From: Octopus vulgaris
Taxonomy: Eukaryota
Direction: 5' to 3'
DNA length: 64,000 bases
Assembly (NCBI GenBank): GCA_951406725.2
Contig: OX597828.1
Span: 46,562,001 to 46,626,000 of the forward strand
In this document: positions 54,813 through 64,000 of the stretch, piece by piece
Numbering within the stretch: the first letter of the stretch is position 1
Layout: the number at the start of each line of letters is the position of its first letter
Made by a program: the position numbers and the translations under genes
The notes under the pieces: model-generated
What the model saw: the letters and a program-made list of their open reading frames with translations, nothing else
Told to the model about the DNA's origin: nothing
The model's database searches: none

Positions 54813-55300
54813 CTGAAATAATAGAGAAGATATGATACTGCTGTGGGCTCGCCCTAGGCAGGAAGTTAGAAACTTTTTTGCCCATAAAAATACATGGACA
54901 CTAAGTAAGGCATGTGTAAAATTTGAATGAAATTGGTTGTGTAGTTCTCAAGTTTTAGGGATTCATAGTGGAGAAGATATGATATTGCTATGGGCTCGCT
55001 CTAGGCAAGAGGTTGAACATTTGTTTTGCCCATGAAACTACATGGACCCTAAGTAAGGCATGTGTAAAATTTGAATGAAATTGGTTATGTAGTTCTCAGG
55101 TTTTAGGGATTCATAGTGGAAAAGATATGATATTGCTGTGGGCTCGCCCTGGGCAAAAAGTTAAAACTTTTTTTGCCCATGACACTCCCTGGACCCTAAG
55201 TAAGGCATTTATACAATTTGAATAAAATTGGTTATGTAGTTCTCAAGTTTTAGAGATTCACACAGACAGACAGACTGACACACACACATTCTCAGTTTTA
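54813..55300 (-). repeat. ~147-bp tandem repeat (x3), probably internal to a non-autonomous Helitron; another unit at ~54030-54215
   Basis: GAAGATATGAT..GCCCTAGGCA..GGACCCTAAGTAAGGCA units at 54826, 54973 and 55121, ending in (CAGA)n-CACACATTCTCAGTTTTATATA like the other Helitron 5' ends. Confidence 0.65.
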
Positions 55301-55798
55301 TATATATATATATATATGCATAGACATATATAGATAATGGTAGTGGTGTATATGAGAATTATACGTCTGCACTCTATATGCGCACTATATAATGTAAAAT
55401 AAATAGACGTATAAACATTCATCTACAGGCATAAATATTTAGAAAAGCACGCATATACATGCCAAGTTCAAATAAACACACACTCACAAACGCACATGCA
55501 TATGCACGCACAAACACACACACACATATACGCACGCATGCTTCTGTCAGATGGTGTAAAGAAAATCACCACGCATTTACAGCAACATATACATCTGTGT
55601 CCGTTGTAAGATATGTGTGTGTATGTGCATGTGTGTGTACGCATATGTCTATATAATTGCATGTATGCATATATATATAAACATATATATATACGAATCT
55701 ATGTATATACGTGTGTATATGAATATATATATATATATACATACATATACATATACATATATAGTACATATAGGTACATATATATATGTATGTGTATG

Positions 55799-55842
<44 letters not shown>

Positions 55843-55907
55843 TATATATATATATAGTGAGAGAGAGATACATACATGTATATATATATATAGATATACT
55901 TGTATAC

Positions 55908-55973
<66 letters not shown>

Positions 55974-56740
55974 TATATATATATAAATATACATAAATAT
56001 ATTTGTATACGGATACATGTATGTATATATGTATCTTTATTTATATATATATATATATATTTATACTCACACATATATGTATCACAAACACAAACATACA
56101 CACACACATATATATATACATATATACACATGGATACATATACATAGATGCACATACATTCAAATATACATTGATATATACTATAAATATACGTCTATGT
56201 TCGTATGTTTCTGTGTTGATGGATGTGTGTGCGTGCGTGTGTGTGCGCGCGAGTGCGTGCGTGTGTATGTGTGTGTGTGTGTGTGTGTATTCCCAGACAT
56301 AAGTTTACGTGTACCTGGCCAGTGAGAAAGAGAAGAGAGACAAAGAGCCCCATTAATAAAATCAGACTAAGAGGATTTGTGAGGTGGTGTGGTGGGGGAC
56401 GCATGTCTTTAAGGGATATGTCGCTCTCTGTGTCTGAGCCGTGAGTATAGTTATTGTTATTGACGATTGTAAGCTGTGGTTGCGGTGGTGGTGGTGGTGG
56501 TGGTGGTGGTGGTGGAGGTGGTGGTGGAGGTGGTGGTGGAGGTGGTGGTGGAGGTGGTGGTGGCAGATGGATTCGTCGTGGTCGTTGCCGTTTTCTTTCT
56601 CATAGTGGCAATATGAAAGGTTGCTTTGCGGTACATAAGATGATGATGGCGATAGTACACTGCAGGAGGGGAAATGATAATTCAAATTGTTGTTGGTGTT
56701 GTTGTTGTTGTTTTCGTTGTTGTTGATGATGATAATAATA

Positions 56741-56775
<35 letters not shown>

Positions 56776-57044
56776 AACTGAAAAATGTTCGCAATGATGA
56801 TGATGATGTCGGTGGTAGTGGTTATGTCTAAGACGATGATGATAGACAAATTGAAGATTGCGACGAATGTGCAATAGTTTGTACTTATTCATTGTTAGTA
56901 GTAGAAGTACTACTTTGAGTTGTTATTTCTCATTATAATTTGGTTTCTGTTTACCTTGTCATGAGATTCATTGTCCATCATTGTCCAACGTCGATGCACT
57001 CACAGTACCATTGTCGTAAAAACTTAAGACTAAACTGTAAATAA

Positions 57045-57101
<57 letters not shown>

Positions 57102-57545
57102 TAAATGGAGGAACAAATTCATTTCAATCATCAACTTACAGATATTACCATTTCATATTATTTATTAACTATATAAAAAGGAACATCCAAATCGAACAAA
57201 ACAATATACATCAATATGCAAGATAATAATACCATAAGAATAATACACATAAAATGGCCCTTACAGCTGTTTCAGCCTATAGATAAAAGTATCTCATTCT
57301 GCCTATATTAGTCAGATGTATTGAGGTAATATATTGGATAACTAATATCCCATAGTGGGTTACCCTCATAACCCCTGTCTTACTTTTTACAATATATATA
57401 TATGCTTTGCGTACGGTAGATGACTTCAGTAAAATTTAGATTCAGATGAATATGGTACTTAAGTTGAGGCACAAGAATTTAGTACGGTATTTTCCATTCA
57501 ATTTCCAAGTAAGGTGTTTCAAATCAAAATAAGCAACAAGGTCAG

Positions 57546-57630
57546 GCAGTACGATCGTTTCCTGCAACTCCATTTAATTGAGCAATGCAATCATTACATC
57601 AATTTAAAATGCAGAAGAATCTTCAGCTGC
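57546..57630 (-). ncRNA. Hammerhead motif with long stem II
   Basis: GCAG-CUGAAGA-..UGCA...UGCAG-GAAAC-GAUC-GUA^CUGC. Confidence 0.7.
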
Positions 57631-58027
57631 ACAAAGACATAGAATTTAATTAAATTTGAACAGATGGACACATTTGTATAATCATACCTAAAATCTCCAA
57701 TCCGTTAAGAAGATAGACAAAGAACATGTTGTTTCACTCCAGTTTAGAAGTTACTGAAATTTTCAAGAAGATATACATTGTTACAGATTCTGCCTGTGAC
57801 TGATATTTTTGTTTTTATGGGGTCAGTTTTAATTTATAGACTATTTTATCAAATCCCTTGTATATCTAACGCTGAGAGAACAGAGGGCAGTATTCGTTTG
57901 TGACTGCAGGAAGGGAAATGATGATTCAAATTGTTGCTGTTGTTGATGAGGATGATGATGATGATAATTGATAATGATCACAATGATGGTGATGTGGGTG
58001 GTAGTGGTTATGTCTAAGGCGAAGATC

Positions 58028-58114
58028 TGCAGCTGAAGATTGCTCTGCATTTTAAATTGATGAAATGATTGCATTGTTCAAGTAAATTGAGTTGCATGAA
58101 ACGATCGTACTGTA
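58028..58114 (+). ncRNA. Hammerhead motif, inverted copy of 57546-57630
   Basis: UGCAG-CUGAAGA-UUGC...GCAU-GAAAC-GAUC-GUA^CUGUA. Confidence 0.7.
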
Positions 58115-58140
58115 TTACCTCTGGATGTCCTTGTTAGTTA

Positions 58141-58205
<65 letters not shown>

Positions 58206-58686
58206 TGAGAGAGAGAGAGAGATAGAGAGAGAGAGAGTATTAATTAATAGTAGGAGATGGATTTCGTATTATACTTTTATTAGGTACAACATATGTTTCG
58301 TCCGATCAGTTTGGGTTTCACTAGAGATTTTCATTGTTGACTAGCTCCTTATATATCCATCAAGAGAGAGTTGTCTGTGTGTGTGTTTATATATATATAT
58401 ATATATACACACATTTGATGGATACTCTATCAAATCAACGTTGTCTGAAAAGGTGCCCAGTTTACCACGTTCAGTTGTCGAAGCGATCACATTATATATA
58501 TATATATATACAATTTATAAAAGACATGCTAATAGTTTCAGACCTGCTAATACTTTAGAAGTAATGTAGTTTATTTGGCACATTTATATGGCATGCCATG
58601 TATCTCGAAGCAATCTTTCAGGTCTGAAAAATGCTTGGAGATACATATGTACATATAGGAAAAACAGGGGCCATGAATTTGTCATA

Positions 58687-58811
58687 TCCATTACGATCGT
58701 TTCAGCGATCCATAATCAAGCTCCATGAATAAATAAAATTTATAATTTATAATTTACAGCTTATAAACTATGTTCAATCATATTGATCAACAGCCACTTT
58801 CATCAGACGGA
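58687..58811 (-). ncRNA. Hammerhead motif with ~90-nt stem II insertion
   Basis: UCCGU-CUGAUGA-A-AGUGG...UCGCU-GAAAC-GAUC-GUA^AUGGA. Confidence 0.72.
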
Positions 58812-60367
58812 GGTGAAATAGAAGCTAAACATAATGGCTCAACTTTTTTAAAACAAACCTATGAAATGTTCGTTCGAGGAGCAGTGACCTGAATTACTCC
58901 CTGGTTTCACTTGCTCCGGTCACAACGAATTCTAATGCGACAGTATCCAACGTGTTCAATTTCTTTTTCACTACAGCAACCATTAATATTGGTTTCAAGC
59001 TTTTGCAGAGAGCCAGCAAGTTCCTGGAGATGGTAAGTTGATGACATCATCCTCAGTGTTCAATTGGTTATCGTTTTATCGATCCCTAAAGGATGAAAGG
59101 CAAAGTAGACCTTAGCGGAATTTGAATTCAGAACGTTAAGACAGATGAAATGCCACTAATTATTTTGCCTAGCGTGCTAACTCTTCTGCCAGCTCGTCCC
59201 TTTATAGCAACGTGTAATATTATATCAAGGCAGCCCCTGTGATTTAAAGTTTTACTTCTGTACTGTTTCTACTGCCCATCCATGGCAGGAGATATCCATG
59301 CGTTAATCTCTTGTCTGAAGAGGACTGTTCACCGTATTACTCATAAGAATAGTGAAGCTGTCTTTGTGTCTATCAATGCTTATTTTCTCACGGAACTGGA
59401 TGGAGCTCATAATTCCAGCGTGTTGGGTGTGTAAGAGTTGGGAAATTGCTTTGAAAGAATGTTTCAAGGAAGTATCTGCATACAATTCAATATTGAAGCT
59501 GTAACCGCTCCTAGCTAAGACCTCATTTTATTATTGTGCATTGTTACTTAAAATTTGCTCGTTGGCCGAAAGAGTGGATAGTCGTATGGATAAATATTTT
59601 ACAAACCCCTAATTATGGGTCAGGGTGACAAAAGGATTTATTGATGTCATATAGCAACATATTACTTTTATATAATCCTATCCGGTAACCGAGTGTAAGA
59701 TATGGGAAATTAACCACTTTTAATCTGTGATAGCGAGGTAAAGAGTGAAGCCATAGTTTTTAAAGAATTTATGGATAATCATTCAAGCTTTCTCTTTGGC
59801 TGGAGTAGCGTAACATACCAAAGTATGTGTTTCCTTATACATAGCACTGCTTAAGTCAGGGGAATGTATTGCTAATTTATACGGGAGGTATAAATTCGTC
59901 AGATACGTTACCCGAAATGTGTGAGAGGAACCCGCTGCAACATTACAGTTTTCGATGCGAGATTTTCTTGCTCAAATGTAAACCTCTTGAAAAGGATACT
60001 AGTAATTCTAGTTGTAAGTATGGCTTCATAATCTGGCACAAGGATGGAATAAGTCGATTTCAAGAAAGCGATAATTGATTGCATCATCCTCAGCGACCCA
60101 TCACTATTTACTCAACCGATCCTGAAAAGAGGAAGGACTAACTCGATCTCAGAATTTGAACTGAGAAGGCAAAAAGCCGGAAGATATACCGTTGAGAATT
60201 TTGTCCGGCGTGCGAACGATTCACTCAGCTGACCGTAATATTTCTAGCTCTAAGTATAACATCTAATTCTATCAAGGAGATTTTAGTAGACATTCCACGA
60301 CGATGTGAGTCTGTGTGTGTCTGTATGTGTATGTGTATCAGTATGCATCTGTGTCTCTTTGTATGTA

Positions 60368-60411
<44 letters not shown>

Positions 60412-60590
60412 TATTCATGTGTAAGTTTCTGTATGTGTGTAAAATGTCCATTCATTAAAGTGTCTTCAAGTTTATAATCGCTCAGTTGTTTAAATTTATT
60501 TCTCTTTAGAATTTTTTTTCTTTTTAATTTGCATGTATTTACAATCTCTCGCGCTGATATTCGTCCGGAAGATATGGTATTTTACAGAAG

Positions 60591-60648
<58 letters not shown>

Positions 60649-61390
60649 CAGACAAACGCTTATACACACACGCACGCATACGCAGACATATTCACGCTAT
60701 CACGCAGATACGGCCATGTACTTGCACGCAAATAGACACACAAATGTGTTCGTGTGTATGTGTGTGTGTCTATATATGTGTGTCTGTGTGCGAATGAGTG
60801 TCTGTGTATATATACGCCAATACACATGCATACACACACACGCACACACACACAGATACACACACATATAAATATATATTATACGTTATACAAATATGTG
60901 TGTGTATTGTTTGTACATATGCTATATGCATGCATGTATGTATAGGTATATAAATGTGTTGTGTGTGTGTGTGTGTGTGTGTACGAGTGTGTGTACACAT
61001 GTGTATGGGTGCGTGCGTGTGTGCGTGCTCGCGAGCCCGCACTCGACTCTGAGAAAACTATAAAACATTGTAAATGAGTTTATTTTTAAAATAAAAGACG
61101 GATTCTCTTCGTTTTATCTGAGGATTTACGAGAAATACTGTCTGTATGACTAAATTTAGTTGTAGTCTATTGAATTGACAATACGTCAGAGCAAATCTCG
61201 CCCGAAGGAAGACATTTTTAATAACGATGTCTAAATCGTGAAGTTTCAAAGAGGAATTACTCTAAGGTAATAGAAACATAGAAAACACTAAAAAAACAAA
61301 ACAAAAGTGTTTAAAGCTACTAAAGTTATGTTTTCCCGTGTGTGAGATCTAACGATGAGTCACTGTGACCGTGTGAATAATCTGTAAGCA

Positions 61391-61795
<405 letters not shown>

Positions 61796-62286
61796 CTGCT
61801 ACGGCAGCCTTTTTCATTTCCTCACCCCCGCCCACTTTATTCTTTTATTCTCCTCTTCAGCTTCGCCATCTTTCTCCATGTTCTTCTTCTTCTCTTTTTC
61901 TCTCTTCCTTCTCGTCTTCTTCGTCGTCCTACCTTTTCTAGTTCTTTCCTCTCATCTTTCTCCCTCCTTGTATTCATTCCACTTCTTCATCTTCATCTTC
62001 ATCGTCTTGCTGGACTTATTCAGCTTGATTTCCATCTACTTTTCTTGTTCTCCGTCTCATACTTCTCATCCTCCTAGTTTTCTTAGCTTCTCTTTCTTCG
62101 TCTTCTTCATCATCGTCTCCCCGCCCCACCTCCTTCTATTACATCTTCTTCTTCTTCTTTTAGATATAAATATTTAACAAAGTGCATGTAAACCATATTA
62201 ATCAAAGTCTCATCCTAATACAATTTTCTCCTACAATTACCCACCATACTGCAGCGAAAATGACAATATGTATATACTTATAATAT

Positions 62287-62332
62287 ATTTGTATGCACGC
62301 GTTTCGTCATTATTCTGACCTCATCAGCAAAT
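62287..62332 (-). ncRNA. Compact type-I hammerhead motif
   Basis: AUUUG-CUGAUGA-G-GUCA-GAAUAA-UGAC-GAAAC-GCGUGC-AUA^CAAAU. One probable CpG decay in stem III. Confidence 0.72.
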
Positions 62333-62749
62333 CGCAATCTTCATTATACTTGCTGACGTAGCCATAAGCGCATTACGAAGTAAATGAACAAGATTGTATA
62401 CTTATTAATATACGATAATGGTTGCTTTTCTGCCTACACCCGAACGAATTTGTCAAACCATCGCCCAAGTAATAAAGTATAATCGCCATAAAAGTAGCAC
62501 TTTTACCGATTAACATTGTTGTCAAAAGGAAAGGAAAAAGGCCCTCAGCGAGGGTTATTACAAACAGATACTGATATCTTGAGTAACAAACTTTAATGGT
62601 TTAAACATCTGAAATGGTTTAGGGTGTGTGGTATGGTAGAAATAGATAGGCGGGTTTTTGGATAGACGGATGGAAAAATGGATGGATGGATGGATACATG
62701 GAAGGAAAATGAGATGGATGGTGGCGAAATTTGATGGACTTGATGCCAG

Positions 62750-63275
62750 TGGTAATGATGGTAATGGCTGTAGTGGTGTTGGTGGTGTGCGTGGTGGTAG
62801 TGGTGGTGTTGATGATGGTGGTGGAGATGGTGTCTATCGCAGTGGTAGTAGAGGTGGTGGAGATGGTACTGGTGGTGCTGGTGATGTTTGGTGGTAATGC
62901 TGGCGATGGTGGTGATGGTGGTGGTAGTAGTGGAGGTGGTGATGGTGGTGGTGGCGGTGGTGGTGATGGCGGCGATGGTGGTAATGGTGGTGGTGGTGGT
63001 GGCGGTGGTGGTGATGGTGGCGATGGTGGCGATGGTGGTGGTGGTGGTATTGGTGGTGGTAGCTGTGACGATGGTGCTGCTGCTGCTGCTGGCGGTGATG
63101 GTTTAATATGGGAGCCAGTGGTGGCATTGGTGGTGGTCGTCTGTATTGGTGGCGATGGTAAAGTAAGGTGGTAGTGGTACTGGTGGTGATGGTAAAGAAA
63201 GGTGGTGGTGGTGGTGGTGGTGGTGGTGGTGGTGGTGGTGGTGGTGGTAGCAGCGGCGGCGGTGGCGATCGTGAT
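62750..63275. repeat. Degenerate (GGT)n tract
   Basis: Direct observation. Confidence 0.9.
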
Positions 63276-63439
63276 GGCGCGAAACTTCCCTAACGTTGAA
63301 ATGGATACAGTTGTTTTGCTATTCGCTTGGGTGGCTGCAGCATCGTCAAAAGTAAAAATTACATCAATTAAAACAGTTGGGGATCAATCAAAATTATTGG
63401 CGTAAACCCATATTTGAGCCATTAATTCATTACGCCATA

Positions 63440-63509
<70 letters not shown>

Positions 63510-63600
63510 TAGACAAGTGTGTGTGTATTTATGTGTGTGCATGCTGGCGACCATTCGTGTGTGATTTGTGTGCGAGTGAGTTAGTGTCTCTCTGTGCGCC

Positions 63601-63684
<84 letters not shown>

Positions 63685-63686
63685 TG

Positions 63687-63718
<32 letters not shown>

Positions 63719-63719
63719 C

Positions 63720-63774
<55 letters not shown>

Positions 63775-64000
63775 TAGACATGCATATTTTTACATTGTGT
63801 CATATCACACAAGCACATGTACACAAGCTCGCTCACACGCATTATATATCCCTGAGTGTGTGTGATCGGGTACGTATTTTTGTGAGTGTGTGTATATGTG
63901 TAAGTGTATGTGTGATTCTGTTGCTCTGTGTAACCCAGCTGAGAGAGTCTAGAAGTAAAAGTGCTAGTAACAAGATGTATATACGTTTATCATTTGCAAA

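Noticed and set aside
58520-58630. CAGACCTG/CAGGTCTG helix followed by GAAAC
   Set aside because: No properly placed CUGANGA core; too degenerate to call.

Overview
AT-rich, microsatellite-saturated eukaryotic non-coding DNA with no supportable host protein-coding exon. The SINE families and repeat landscape suggest an octopus or other coleoid cephalopod (inference). Nearly all ORF-track entries are microsatellite or SINE artefacts. The window holds many tRNA-derived SINEs (families here labelled A-D), decayed Tc1/mariner and Helitron DNA transposons, and fragments of Tx1/L1, CR1/L2-type, HERO, R4-like and Penelope-like (PLE) retroelements. The main discovery is a dense set of about 20 type-I hammerhead ribozyme (HHR) or HHR-like motifs, found and folded by eye. 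These include: (1) a near-identical tandem array of ~3 x 491-bp highly structured units at 50.8-52.25 kb, each with a canonical HHR, resembling a retrozyme or reverse-transcribed circular RNA inserted into (TA)n; (2) a fold-back insertion of the same element at 10.7-11.0 kb whose two arms stop just short of the ribozyme cleavage site; (3) an unrelated 397-bp HHR unit at 3.5-4.0 kb; (4) a tRNA-headed SINE with an HHR tail; (5) a PLE 3' end with a non-canonical HHR core. All folds were made by hand, and ribozyme activity and circularity are untested.
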